Shown: piece by piece, positions 37,784 to 51,983 of the stretch
Layout of the letters: every line of letters starts with the position of its first letter
How positions within the stretch are numbered: position 1 is the first letter of the stretch
Source: the human T2T-CHM13v2.0 reference genome, Homo sapiens
Direction: 5' to 3' (one strand)
NCBI RefSeq assembly: GCF_009914755.1
Contig: NC_060927.1
DNA length: 64,000 nt
Notes under the pieces: model-generated
The model's database searches: none
What the model saw: the letters and a program-made list of their open reading frames with translations, nothing else
Told to the model about the DNA's origin: nothing
Translations under genes and position numbers: made by a program

Positions 37784-39869
37784 TTCTTCTAAAAGCTTAG
37801 CTAACTATATGGGTCCTCTTCAGTTTAAAACATGGATTATGTGTCCTTCAGCATGTTCCATTCCACCTCACATGAGTAATGCTCTGGGAGGTGTACAAGC
37901 TTATATTTCACGCTCTTAAGATCTACTGATCAAAAATCTAGCCCGAAAGTCCATGAGGGCAAGGATTATGTCTTATACCTCTTTATAGCCCTCTTTGTGC
38001 TTGGCATTGTTCATTTTACCCTGAACTTACTCAATAATTGAGGGACAGAGCAGGATTTATACTTAGGATGCTGGACCCAGAGTTTATACCTGGGTCACTG
38101 CCCCTAGGCTGGGATGGAGCCAGGTTTTCACCAGCCAGTCTAGACAAGGAATGAAGTCTCATCTGTAGATACAGTGAAACCCCTTTGTCCTACCATAAGC
38201 TAATTAATGAAATGAAACTTTTTGAAAATTAATAGAATTTAGATGCAATACCAGAATTTATAGTATAAATAATTAGGATAAAAACATAACTTTTTAACTC
38301 ACGAAGTGCATATGGTGTGGCAGAGATTGTTCGGCAAGTTTGCTGCTTCACTTGTCTTTGTTTCCTAAAGATAAATTTAGTATCATGCAAGAAATGCACA
38401 TTACATCCTTTCGGTGCAATAATATTTCACATAAATTTGATTTGCCTGAAGCCAATACTGTAAATAAAGCAAACATATTCTGTGTTTCATTTTTTAAAAA
38501 GAGTGATGAACGCAGTTCCTGGGCTTATTTAAGCTTCCTGCGTTTTATAACTTTTTCAGTGGGATGAATTAGCATGATGTGGTGAAACAGGCTGGCAGAT
38601 GCCAGAGGAAATTAAGACTTCCTGGGCATACAAGTAAGAGAACTCCACATATAGCAGAGAAATAAGAACAATCTGATTTTCAAAGCAGTTGCTAATCTTA
38701 TTTCTGCTCATATCTACTCTACATGTTTCTCCTGATGTGAAACTTTTATGAAGTTCCAGTTTTAGGGTTCACTGAAGAAAAGACTGCCAATAATCCTGAA
38801 CCCTGCCATATTTTATCAAAGCTTAGACAGACAAATGGTCATAAGGAACTGAAATAAAAGGAATTTAGTATCTCAGTGGACTGCTGTAAGTAGGATTCCT
38901 AACCCAAAGACCAAATACTGAGAAGTCAAACGTAAATATGTGTGTGTTTGCATGTATGCGCATAGACATATATGTGCATACGCATATATGTGTACGTGGA
39001 GAGAGGAAGAAACGAAGAAGAAAGAATGAGAGAGGGGTAGGGGAGATTCAGAGACTAAATTGGGAAGAGTAAAAGTAGAAGAGTAGCTTCAAATAGATTT
39101 GGTCTGAAGGCTAATTTGTGAAAGTACAATTAGAGAAAGACAATGACTGCAATTATAAACCTCATTATCTTTAACAGTTAAGCAATTGTTAAAAGACACA
39201 AAAAGTAATTTAAGCTTTATGTGCTATCAACCATGCAAAAGTTATTAAATTCATCATTTGTACATATGTGGAAATATAGACATATGTTAACATCTTATAT
39301 TTAAGGATATGTTGAGCAGGTATGCATTCTATAGTAAATAAATATATAATGAAAAATAGATATAGAAACCAGTGATTGAATAACATGACTTTGTAAACCA
39401 AGCAAAAGGAAAAAACACCTCCTCTCTTTCTCTAGCTGATATTCTCATTGTCACTGACAGGTTAGTATAATAGTAAAAATGTCAGCAATTATTTTAAACC
39501 AAGAAGCAATACAATTTCATTTTTTCTAGCCAAGAAAATAAATCACTATATCTAAAAATATAATTAAAAAATGATTAAAATTGATAGCTGGTAATGCTTT
39601 TTATTCATTAAACCATTAAATTCTCACTGTAACCCCATTTGATTGGAAAGGAAAGTAAGGCTTCAAGATGTTGAGTAACTTGTCCAGTCACAAAGTAAAT
39701 GGTAGATATGGGATGTGAATTCAGTTTCCTGTTGTTCCAGAGCAGGAGTAGCAAACCCTACAGTTACCCTACAGCAAATTCATTGGGAAAATGGGCTCTC
39801 ATTGTCCAGTCAAATGTTTTAAAAGAATAAAGCCTTTTAGCAGGGCAGGTATATATGCTCTGTTGACCC

Positions 39870-40408
39870 TATTCTGATTCTTGATTACTACATTTAAAAC
39901 TACCTCAAAATGTCGTGGCATAAAATCTCTACTATTTTATTGGGCTCACATTTTTATATGTTAGGAAGTCAGGAAGTACTCAGGTGGGGGGTTCATCTCT
40001 AATCCATCTGCTATTAACTGGGGTCAGCTGGTGCTGAAAGATTGGCTTCCAACTTGGCTTCTTCATTTGCAGGTCTGGCACTTTTGTTTTCCCTGGGCTT
40101 TCTGTTTCTAGCACAGCCTCTCAGCCTCCAAGCCCTCTCCACATGGGCTTGGGTGGGAGTAGTCACACTTATTAAATGGTGGTTAGCTTCCAACAGGGAG
40201 GAAGTACAAGTTTCCAGGCCAGTTAAGGGCTGTGCCTGTTACTGGCAGTATCAGTTCTGCATACTGTATTGGTCAAAGCAGTCTGGGGCTGCTGTCTCAG
40301 ATTCAAGTAGGTGGCAAAGTAAACTTTACCTCTTGATGGAAGAGTTATAACAGCTCAATGCAGATGAGAGATGTTGTGCTCGTCTTTGGAAAAGACAATC
40401 TGTCACAA
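39870..40408 (-). mobile_element. Old MLT1 (K/J-like) MaLR LTR
   Basis: ctctccacatgggcttggg...tattggtcaaagcagtc...cagattcaag...cctcttgatggaagag...acaatctgtcaca. Confidence 0.7.
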
Positions 40409-40685
40409 GCCCTGTAACTCCAAATTGCTTTAAATCTAGTATCTTCAGATATTGAAAATACTTGCCAACCACACAAGGACTAGAGTTTATGTCTATACAG
40501 TAGAGCTTATTTTTATAACTACCATTAAATCATCTTCTCCTAATCTTAAATACTAATTATATACAGATAACAAAAGAAAGTCAACACTGAAAATAAATAT
40601 AAAACAAATATGCACAAAATTACAAGAAGAATTTAAAATATGCTTATGGAAAATAATATTAAAGGTTATAATATAAAAATTAATG

Positions 40686-41004
40686 GGTGGGGCATGATGG
40701 CGCATACCTGTATTCCCATTACTTTGGGAAGCTGAGCAGGTGGATCACTAGAGCCCAGGAGTTCAAGACCAGTGTGCAGCAGCATGGTAAAACCCCGTCT
40801 CTACAAAAAATACAAAAATTAGCCAGATGTGGTGGTATGTGCCTATAGTCCCAGCTACTCGATGGGGTGGGGGCAGGAGGTTGGGGTGGGGGGATCCATT
40901 GAGCCTGGGAAGTTGAGGCTGCAGTGAGCTGTGATTGCACCACTGCACTCCAGCCTGCATGACAGAGTGAGACCCTGTCTCAAAAAAAAAAAAAAAAAAA
41001 AAAA
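40686..41004 (+). mobile_element. AluJ with a G-rich alteration in the right arm
   Basis: J diagnostics (gagcccaggagttcaagacc, gaggctgcagtgagctgtgattgc); A23 tail. Confidence 0.92.
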
Positions 41005-41461
41005 CTAACAAAAGCTATTAAAAGTCATTTTTTTAATTGTGGACACAGCCATGCCTGTTAATTAAGAATAACAATTTAGAAAGGCCAGGAATTTTGTATT
41101 CTAATTTGACACTTAATAGAGGTATGCACTTGAATATATTAATTTACCATACTGAGACTGCATAAAGGAGACAGTATACATAAAATTCTTAGTATGGTGC
41201 CTGCACAAATTGAATTAGGACCCAACAAACTTTAGTTATACTTACTTGGAGGACGGCCTGATAATTTTGTGTTTTTACAAAATTCTTTATATTTATATAT
41301 ACAAACTTCTATCACCTAATACTGACTTGACAATCATAGGCCTATTTTAAAGACTTTTCTATCCAAGCAAAAGATGGACATCATTTCATTAATTCAATGT
41401 TTATCTCTGTGTAGATATTTTATTAAACACTCAGGAAAGTGCCTGAACACTCAAAACAGTA

Positions 41462-42082
41462 GAGTCAATCCTCATTATTTTCAGATTGCATATATTTTGT
41501 CTACTACTAAAATGTATTGGTAACCCCCAAATGAGTACAACATTTATGTGGTCATTCCTGGACATGTGCAAAGCAGCAATTTGAGCACCTGGCATGCACA
41601 TTCCCAGCTGAAGGCAACCTCTCCCTTCTTATTTCAGGTCTCATAGTCTAAACAAGTTTCCTTTTGAGGGCCTATTTAATGCCATGCTTTTGGAATTTTT
41701 GTGCTGTTTATTGGTGTTTTGCTATTTAAAATGGTTCTCAGGTGTAGTGCCAAAGTACTGCCTAGTGTTACTAAGCACAAGGCTGTAATGTGCTTCACAG
41801 AAAAGTATCTGTGCTAGATAAACTTAGTTCAGGTGTGAGTTTTCGTGCTCTTGGCTATGAATTCAATGTTAATGAATCAACAATATATATTAAGTAAGGC
41901 ATCTTTAAACAGAAAGACACATAAAATAAGGTTATGTATTGATTGGTTGAGGAAAATGTGAACATAAGCTCCCAGGAACCTAACCCTAGATTTCCCCTAG
42001 AACTAATGCTTTAGCACTCACTAATTCAGCATTTGTGGTAACTTTATAGAACATGAGCACTGCAAATAATGAGAATTGACTG
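41462..42082 (-). mobile_element. MER82 (TcMar-Tigger) DNA transposon
   Basis: TIRs gagtcaatcctcattattt / aaataatgagaattgactg flanked by TA on both sides; about 620 bp. Confidence 0.85.
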
Positions 42083-42726
42083 TATTTGATATTTCAATAT
42101 ACACAATTTATCTGGGGTGGTATATGTAATATAATGTAAACAAGAGCATTGGAAAGATTAACTGATAGATGTAGGCAAAAAACAATATAAAAGAAGTCAA
42201 TTATCCCGAACTCAGATTTATGGTGGTTATTTGGAACATGGCCTGGAGGCTGAAATTCAGGAAAGGTGACCCTGTTCAATAAATGGTGCTGGGAAAACTC
42301 GATAGCCATATGTAACCATATGTAAAGAACTGAACTCCTATCTCTCACCATAGAAAAAAATTTAACTCAAGATGGATTAAAGATTTAAATGTAAGATCTG
42401 AAACTATGGAAAGAAAATCTAGAAAAAATTATTTAGGACATTGGCCTAGGCAAAGAATTTATAACTAAGATCTCAAAAGCAACTGCAACAAAAATAGAAC
42501 TGGACAAATGAGACTTGATTAAACTAAAGGCTTTCCGAACAGCAAAATAATCAATAAACAGACAACTGACAGAATGGGAGAAAATATTGGCAAATTTTAC
42601 ATCTGAGAAAGGACTAATATCCAGAGTCTACAACAAACTTAAACAACTCAACAAGAAAAAAACAAATAACACAAATAGAAAGTAGGCAAAGGACATGAGC
42701 AGACATTTCTCCAAAGAAGACATACA

Positions 42727-45700
42727 TTTTTGCAGCCAATGTTAAGTTGGCATTGGTTTAAAGTAATGGGTTATAATATGTTATTTGCAAACCTCATGGT
42801 AACCCCAAATAAGAAATCCTACAACAGATACACAAAAAATAAAAAGCCAGGAATTAAAACATACCACCAGAGAAAATCGCCATTATAAAAAGGAAGACAA
42901 GAAAAAGGAAGAAAGGAAGAGAAGACCACAAAACACCAGAAAACAAAAAACAAAACGTCAGGAGTAGGTCATTGCTTATCCATAGTAACATTGAATGTAA
43001 ATGGACTAAACTCTCCAATCAAAACTAATAGAGAACCTGGATTAAAAACAGCAACAATAATGATCTGTTATATACAAGAAACACACTTCACCTATAAAGA
43101 CACACATAGACTGAAAACGAAAGGATTCAAGAAGATATTCCATGCAAACAGAAAACAAAAAAGAGCAGGAGTAGCTATACCTATATCAGACAAAATAGAC
43201 TTCAAAACAAAAACTATAAAAAGAGGAGTCAATAGACTATAGACTATTGGTTATAGTCTATTTCCTAGTAGTCAATAGATTAAAGGCACTATAGAGCAAA
43301 TGAAACTAATAGATATTTACAGAACATTTCACTCAATGATTGCAGAATACACTTTCTTCTCCTTAGCACATGGATCATTCTCAAGGATAGACCATATGTT
43401 AGACCACAAAACAAGTCTTATAAAATTCAAAAGAATTTAAATTAGATCAAGTATCTTCTCTAACCACAATGGAATAAAACTAGAAATCAGTAGCAAGATG
43501 AAATTTGCAAACTATACAAATGGATGAAAATTGAACATGGGCTCCTAAATGATAAGGGGTCAATAAATAAATTAAGAAGAAAATTTAAAATTTTCTGAAA
43601 ACAAATTATAATGGAAACACAACATTCTAAAACCTATGGGATACAGTGAAAAAGCACTACTAAGAGGAAAGTTTATAGCAATAACTGCCTACATAGAAAA
43701 AGCAGAAAAACTTCAAATAACTTCCCAATGCACCTTAAAGAACTAAAAAATGAAGAGCAAATAAACCCCGAATTATTATATGAAAAGAAATAATAAAGAT
43801 CAGAACAGAAATGAATGAAATTGAAGCAAAAAATATATAAAAGATCAAAAAATGAAAAAAGTTCATTTTTTGAAAAGATAAACAACATTGACTAAACTTT
43901 AGCCAGACTAAGAAAAAGAGAGAGAAGGACCAGATAAATAAAATCAGAGACAAAAAAAGGAGACATTACAACTGACACCACAGTAGTTCAAAGTATTAGA
44001 GACTACTATGAGAAACTATATGCCAATAAATTGGAAAACCTAGAATAAATGAATAAATTCCAAGACACATACAACTTACCAAGATTGAAATATAAAGAAA
44101 TCCAAAAACTGAACAAAACAATAACAAGCAATAAGATTGAAGGCATAACAAAAATTAAAAAGTCTCCCAGCAAAGAAAAGCCTTGAACCTAATGGTTTCA
44201 TTGCTAAATTTTACCAGTTAAAGAACTAATACCAACACTACTCAAACTATTCTGAAAAATACAGGAGTAGGAAATATTTCCAAACTCATTTATGAAAGCA
44301 GTATTACCCTGGTATTTTACCCTGGTATTTTCAAAACCAGACAAATACATATCAAAAAATATAACTATAGGCCAATATCTTTGATAGTTATCAATGCAAA
44401 AATTTTGACAAAATACTAGCAAACAAAATTCAATAACACATTAAAAAGATCATTCATCACGTCCTATTGGGATTCATCCCAGGGATGCAAGCATGGTTCA
44501 ACCTACACAAATCAATCAATGTGATATATCATATCACAGATTGAAGGACAAAAACCATATAATATTTCAATTGATGCTGAAAAAGGATTTGATACAATTT
44601 AGCATCCCTTCTTGACAAAAACTCTCAAAAAAACTGTATAGAAGGAACATTCCTCAACACAATAAAAACCATATACAAAAGATTCATAGCTAGTATCATA
44701 CTGAATCAGCAAAAACTGAAAGCCTTTCCTCTAAGATTTGGAACATGACAAGGATGCCCACTTTTACCACTGTTATTCAACACAGTACTGGAAGTCCTAG
44801 CTAGAGTAATCAGACGAGAGAAAAAAATAAAGGGCATCCAAACTGGAAAGGAAGTAGTAAAGGTATCCCTGTTTGCAGATTACATAATCTTATATTTGGA
44901 GAAACCTAAAGACTCCACCAAAAAAACTATTTGAACTAACAAAGAAATTAAGTAAAGTTGTGGGATACCACAATAGCAACATGTAAAAATCAGTAGCATT
45001 TCTATATGCCAACAGCAAACAATTTAAAAAAGAAGTCAAGAAAGCAATCCCATTTACAACAACTATGAATGAAATTAAATACCTAGGAAGACAATCAAAG
45101 AAGTGAAAGATCTCTACAATGAAAATTATAAAACATTGATGCAAGAAATGTAAGAGGACACAACAAAGGAAAAGATATTCCATTTTCATGGGTTGGTAGG
45201 ATCAATATTACTAAAATACCCACACTATCCAAAGCAATCTGGAGATTAAACGTAATCACTATCAAAATACTGATAACATTCTTCACATAAACAGAAAAAA
45301 GGATTCTAAAATTTATATGGAACACAAAAGACCCAGAATAGTCAAAACCATCCTGGGCAAAAAGAAGAAAACTGGAGGAATCACATTACGTGACTCCAAA
45401 GTATACTACAGAGCTATAGTAATCAAAACAGCATGGCACTGGCATAAAAACAGACAGACCAATAAAACAGAATACAGAACCCAGAAATAGGTCCATACAT
45501 CTACAGTGAACTCATTTTTAACAAAGGTGCCAAGAATATTCATTGGGGAAAGGACAGTCTCTTCAACAAATGATGCAAGGAAACCTGGATACCTATATAC
45601 AGAAGAATGACTCTAGACTCCTATCTCTCACCATACACAATAACTATACAAAAATCAAATAAAAATAGATTAAATACTTAAATCTAAGACCTCAAACTAT

Positions 45701-46846
45701 GAAATTACTAAAATGAAACATTGGGGAAACTCTCCAAGACACTGATCTTGGCAAAGGTTTCTTGATTAATACCCCACAAGCATATGCAACCAAAGCAAAA
45801 ATGGACAAATGGGATCACATCAAGTTAAAAAGCTTCTTGCGTAGAAAAGGAAACAATCAGCAAAGAGACAACCCACAGAATGGGAGAAAATATTTGCAAA
45901 CTGTCAATCTAATATATAAGAAGTTCAAATAACTCTATAGGAAACGTCTAATCTGACTTTAAAATGGCAAGAACTGAATAGATATTTCTCAAAAGAAGAC
46001 ATTCAAATGGCAAATAGGTAAATGATAAGGTACTCATCATTGATCATCAGAGAAGTGCAAATCAAAACTGCAATGAGACATCTCACACTAGTTAAGTGGA
46101 CTTTTATTCAAGACAGGAAATAACTAATGCTGGTGAAGATGTGGAGAAAAGGAAACCCTTATACACTGTTGGTGGGAATGTAAATTAGCACAGCATTCAT
46201 GAAGAACAGTATGGCTGTTCCTCAGTTAACTAAAAACAGAACTATCATATGATCTATTGATCCCACTGCTAGGTATATACCCTAATGAAAGAAAATAAGT
46301 ATGTTAAAGAAATATCTACACTTCCATGTTTATTTTAGTACTATTCAGAATAGCCAAGATTTGGAAGCAACCTGTGTCCCTCAACGGATGAATGGATAAA
46401 GAAAATATGGTACATATATACAATGGAGTATCATCCACCCATAAGAAAGAATGAGATCCTGTCATTTGCAACAACATGTATGGAACTGGAGGACTTTAAG
46501 TGAAATAAGCCAGACACATCAAGGCAAACTTTGCATGTTTTCACTCATGTGTGGGAGCTAAAAGCTATTGTTTCTATTGAACAATAGAAATGCATACAAA
46601 AATATAGATAGAATAAATACAAGAGTATTTGATAACACCATGAAGATTACAGTCAATAATTTATTGTATATTTTAAAATAACTAAAGAGTATAATTGTGT
46701 AACACAAAGTAATGATAAATGCTTGAGGTGATGAATACCCCATTAACCCTGTTGTGATTATTACACATTGTATGCCTGTATCAAAATGTCTCATGTACTC
46801 CATAAATATATTCATCTACTATATACGTATAAACATTTAGAAATAA
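42727..46846 (+). mobile_element. L1MA-like LINE-1 (inter-ORF region, decayed ORF2, 3'UTR) nested in the host L1
   Basis: Endonuclease-domain ORF at 42991-43242 (NVNGLNSPIK...QETH...AGVAI); RT motif decayed to LFADYII near 44870; 14-bp TSD aaagaa(g/c)acataca (42713-42726 and 46847-46860). Confidence 0.92.
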
Positions 46847-46995
46847 AAAGAACACATACAAGTGGCCAAAAAGCATCTGAAAAACTGCTCAACATCATGA
46901 ATCAGAGAAATACAAATTAAAATGAAAATGAGATACCGTCTCACACCAATCAGAATGAGTGCCATTAAAAAGTCAAAACAACTGATGTTGGCAAA

Positions 46996-47414
46996 TGTGT
47001 CAGTCTGTTTGCACTGCTATAAATGAATATGTGAAGCTGAGTAATTTATAGAGAAAAGAGTGTTATTTGGGCTCACAGTTCTGCAGGCTGTAAAGGAAGC
47101 ATGGTGCCAGCATCTGCTTCTGGTGAGGGTCTCAGGAAGCTTCTAATCACGGCAGAAAGCAAAGGGGAGCCAGCAAGTCCCATGGCCAGAGAGGGAGCAA
47201 GAGGCAAAAGCAGAAGTTCAGGTTCTTTCATACAGCCAGGTTTTGAGTGAATTCATAGAGTGAGAACTCAGTCACTACCATGAGGACAGCATCAAGCCAT
47301 TCATGTGTGATCCACCCCCATGACCCAAACACCTTCCACCAGGCTGCACCTCCAATCATTGGGGATTACATTTCAGCATGAGATTTGAAAGGGACAAACA
47401 TCCAAACCATATCA
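46996..47414 (-). mobile_element. MSTB-like MaLR solo LTR inserted in the host L1
   Basis: ggctcacagttctgcaggctgta...catctgcttctggtgagggtctcaggaagctt...catccaaaccatatca. Confidence 0.88.
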
Positions 47415-48681
47415 TCAAGGATGTGGAGAAAAGGGAATACTTACACACTGTTGGTGGGAATGTAAATTAGCACAACCTCTATGGAAAACAGTATGGAGAT
47501 TCTTAAATAACTAAAAATAGAACTACCATTCAATCCAGCAATCCCCACTACTGGGTATCTACTCAAAGGAAAGGAAATCATTATGTCAAAAAGACATCTA
47601 CATTTATATGTGTATTGCAGCACTATTCCCAACAGCAGAGCCATGGAATCAACATAAGTGTCCATGAAAAGATGACTGAATAAAGAAAATGTCTTATATA
47701 CACATCATGGAATAGTATATAGCCATAAAAAAGAATGAAATCATGTTTTTTTGGAGCAACACAAAGGAGCTGGAGGCCATTATTCTAAGCAAATTAATGC
47801 AGGAACAGAAAATCAAATACTGCATCTTCTCACTTATAAATTGCAGCTAAACAGTGGGTACACATTAACATACAGAGGGAAATAATAGACACTGGGGACT
47901 CCTAGTGTCTCGAGTCTATAAAAAAAATTAAAGAGAGAAGGCCTCTAAACAGCAGAGCTTTGTTGATCCTATGCTTCCCCCAGCCTATGCCTGCTTACCA
48001 CCTTGAGCTCTGCCTCACATATTCATGGTTACTGAGACAGAATTATGGCGATTGAAGTAAGGGGCTGAGGATTATGATTTGTGAGGCACAGAAAAGCAAG
48101 AACTAGCTAAATGTAATGGTAAGTTATCTCTGTGAGGCTGGAAATAGAGTCAGAGCTAATTTGTGATATCTGAACCTGGAAAAGTTGATGGTTAGTAATG
48201 TGGTTAGACCATTTTATCATACACTCAAAAAACCATTGTTACTTGTCCATTATAGTCAATTTATGCATCAACAGGAAACAAGGCAAAAATCAGAATTGCA
48301 GCTATTAACTCGTTAAACATATTCTTACTTTTCTCCCTATTTTGACATGTGTGTCTCCCCCAATCTAAGAGTGGTTTTCAGTTATTCATTCAGCACTAAT
48401 TAAGTACTTACTCTTTGTAAACATTAAATGTTTGAGGTAAAAAGATGAAAAGATTCTGTTGTTGTTGACTTGGAACTCACAGTCTAGCGAGAAAGACAGT
48501 TGTAGTATAATCTCATAATATGCTTATGAGAGCAGGTGTGAAAAATAAGTACTCTTTCACCATTTCAGCAGAAAATAGCAGAGTGAAAGTGTGTCGTAAT
48601 ACTAGAAACTGACAAATGGATCCTTGCATATGTGAGTCAATTTATAATTTAAGATGGTAGTGATAGCTCTGAAACATCAAT

Positions 48682-48975
48682 GCAATGATTTTCAAATTCT
48701 AAAGTGCATTTAAATCCCCTGGGATCTTGTTAAAATACAGATTCTGATTCAGCAGCTCTGCAGTAGGACCTAAGACTGTGCATTTTCAGCAAGGTCCTAG
48801 GTATTGTTAATGCTGCTTATCTGCACACCACACCTTGAAAAGCCACTGGTTCATGAGCCCTATCTTTATATATTCCAATTCAATAGTCCCAGAGTGGGCC
48901 AAAGTATCTTCACTTTAAACAGCAATGCAAGTTATTCCAGTGCACATGGTGCTCACACACTTTCATAAAGCATTG
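48682..48975. mobile_element. MER5A-family element plus a second MER5 fragment
   Basis: cctgggatcttgttaaaatacagattctgattcagcag...tgcattttcagcaagg...gccactg. Confidence 0.7.
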
Positions 48976-49665
48976 ATTTATGAGCTCATAAGATTTCTCC
49001 ATTAGCAGTCTCTCCTTCTAAGATTAACACGTTTTCTAATTCCTGCCACCTGGACATTTTTTAACACACCTTGTTAATTTAGAGAGATGCAAAATAAAAC
49101 TGAAAAATAACACATTATGCTCAAAATTAAAGTAGAATTTAGAAGACATGTTCAGATTTACTTCTTCCAAAATAAATACTTAGTCAGGATTCATTATTAG
49201 TTGATGCCTCGGGTGTTGTATTAGGTGCTAGGGTTACAAAGATTGAGAAGAAAAGATCCATGCTCTTTTAAATAAGCTTGTTTCAAATGAACAAATATGT
49301 ACTGAATGCCATGCTAGACATCATGCTAGGCATAGAGGCATTGCACAGTCTTGCAGGAACTAGTCTTAGTTGTTTGGAAAATATTGCTTAAATAACTGAA
49401 ATTTTCTCTTGGGTTTCCTCTGATTAGTTCCAAAATTATTCTGAAAACTTTAAATATGTGTGCCATATATAACTTCTTATATGCCCATTTGAACTGCCAT
49501 CACCTAGTACACAAAAAAGAAGCATGTATTCAACAAATCTTGGTTGCATTTAATATAACTAAATTTCTAAATTCCAAAAATTATTACTGAGTTGCTTATC
49601 AAAGATAAAATAGCAATTCAAGCTTGATACTGTATTACAAGACTTTGTAATTACAAGACTTGTCT

Positions 49666-50480
49666 GCAAGCAGCCAACAAACATATGAAAAATGCTCAGC
49701 ATTGCTAATCATCAGAGAAATGCAAATCAAAACCACATGAGATACCACCTCATACCAGTCAAAATGACTAATTAAAAAATTCAAAAATAATAGATTCTGG
49801 CGAAGTTACAGAGAAAAAGGAATGCTTATACACTGTTGGTGGTAATGTAAATTAGTTCAGCCACTATGGAGAGCAATTTGGAGGTTTCTCAAAGAACTAA
49901 GAATTCAACAAACATTTCACCCAGTGATCTCATTACAGGGTATATACCCAAAAGAAAATAAATCATTCTACAAAAAAGACACATGCACTTGTATGTTCAT
50001 CACAATGCTATTCACAGTAGCAAAAATGTGGAATCAACCCAGGTGCCCATCAACAGTGGATTAGATAGAGAATGTAGTATATATACACCATGGAATACTA
50101 CACGGCCATAAAAAAGAAAAAATTTATGTCCTTTCCAGCAACACAGATAGAGCTGGAGGCCATTATCCTAAGTGAATTTATAGAAACAGAAAACCAAATA
50201 CTGCATGTCCTCACTTATAAGTGGAAGCTGAACATTGAGCACACATGGACATAAAGATGGGAACGATAAGACACTGTAACTACTGGAGGAAGGAGAGAGT
50301 GATGAGAGGGATAACGGCAAGAGCTGAAAAACTATCTACTGGGTATTATGCTTACTACCTGCATGATAGGACCATTCCTACCCCAAACCTCAGCATCATG
50401 CAATATTCCCATGTAACAAACCTCAACATGTATTCCCTGAATCTAAACTAAAAGTTGAAATTATTTTTTAAAAAAACAAA
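49666..50480 (+). mobile_element. L1PA16/17-like LINE-1 3' end
   Basis: ORF2 tail plus 3'UTR ccccaaacctcagcatcatgcaatattcccatgtaacaaacc...ctgaatctaaactaaaagttgaaatta. Confidence 0.88.
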
Positions 50481-51602
50481 TGTCTTTATGTGGCCTGTTT
50501 TACTCTTGCTATTTAAATTTCTACAATAGTCTTGATTTTTTCTCTTCCATGTTAATAGAAGAATAATTAAGAGAAGAATGCAAAACACAGAAAGCCATGC
50601 TTTTCTTCCCCTCCCTGATTTTATCTCTAAATTGTCTCTATTAAATTAGAGCAAAAGAGACTCTACATTTAAAATTGCTTTATATTTTGTAACGTTGCTA
50701 TACCCAAACAGTAAGTTTTTTGTCAGATGGCTGTGTCAAATACTGGAAACAGAGCAAAAAATCCCAATAAAGGTCATTTTAGTTGCAAATAAAGAACATG
50801 GTTTCTTCTGGGCAAAGTCTATGATCTGTGACATTACTAGCTCAAGAAAGGCATACTATTCTGTTTTCATTTATGTTCCAAACATGATCAGTTAACCTTA
50901 AAAATACCAAATAAATGCCACTGAAAATAGCTCAGCCTAGAATTCCTAGAGGAAAATAATTTCAGGTCTATTTCTGTAGTTATTACCAAAATAAGAAATG
51001 TGGTTGGTTATGGGTAAAAAAGTCACTGCAGAGAGGCTGAACTGATGATAATGGAAAAGCAACATGCAGGAAGAAAGCTGCAGCCATACTCAGAAGTGTA
51101 ACTTGTAAATGCTGCCCAAGGCAGCAAACTAACTTTTATTTTTACCCTGACTTCTGCCTTATAGGTCTATAAATTCTTCCAGCCCCAGGATCTCTGATCT
51201 TAAAATGATTTCCTAGATATGCGTAGAGAATACAGTTTTCTCTTCAAACAAGGTTAGATACAGCACAATTTCTCATTTTTGTTCAAACTGATATATTAGC
51301 AGATTCAGCCTTGACCCAGGAAATAACAATAGGGCTAGAGGGGCATAATGCTTCGTGTTCTTAACCTACTTCAGCCAATAATTATTTCCATTTCAGGGCC
51401 AATTACTTACGTAATGAAGGACCTGTTTACTTACTCCCATCCCATCAAAAAAAAATTAAAGTTTTATTTACATCATTCAGTTTTTAAAGATCATATTAGA
51501 AAGGGATCACTTTTATCATAAGTAAACAAAAGACAGGCTATCTCAATGCATGTATACAACTCTACAAAATAATGGAAAGTAATGTTTTAATGATGGTGAT
51601 TA

Positions 51603-51983
<381 letters not shown>

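Larger units (their letters stand above)
42260..47930 (+). mobile_element. L1PB-like LINE-1 3' portion (host), split into 42260-42726, 46847-46995 and 47415-47930 by two insertions
   Basis: ORF2 C-terminal and 3'UTR sequence reads continuously across the inserts (caaagaagacataca|agtggccaa; gatgttggc..|..aggatgtggagaaaagg). Confidence 0.85.

Noticed and set aside
42991-43242. ORF with clear endonuclease homology
   Set aside because: Fragment of dead L1 ORF2, truncated by a deletion, with many downstream stops and a mutated RT catalytic motif
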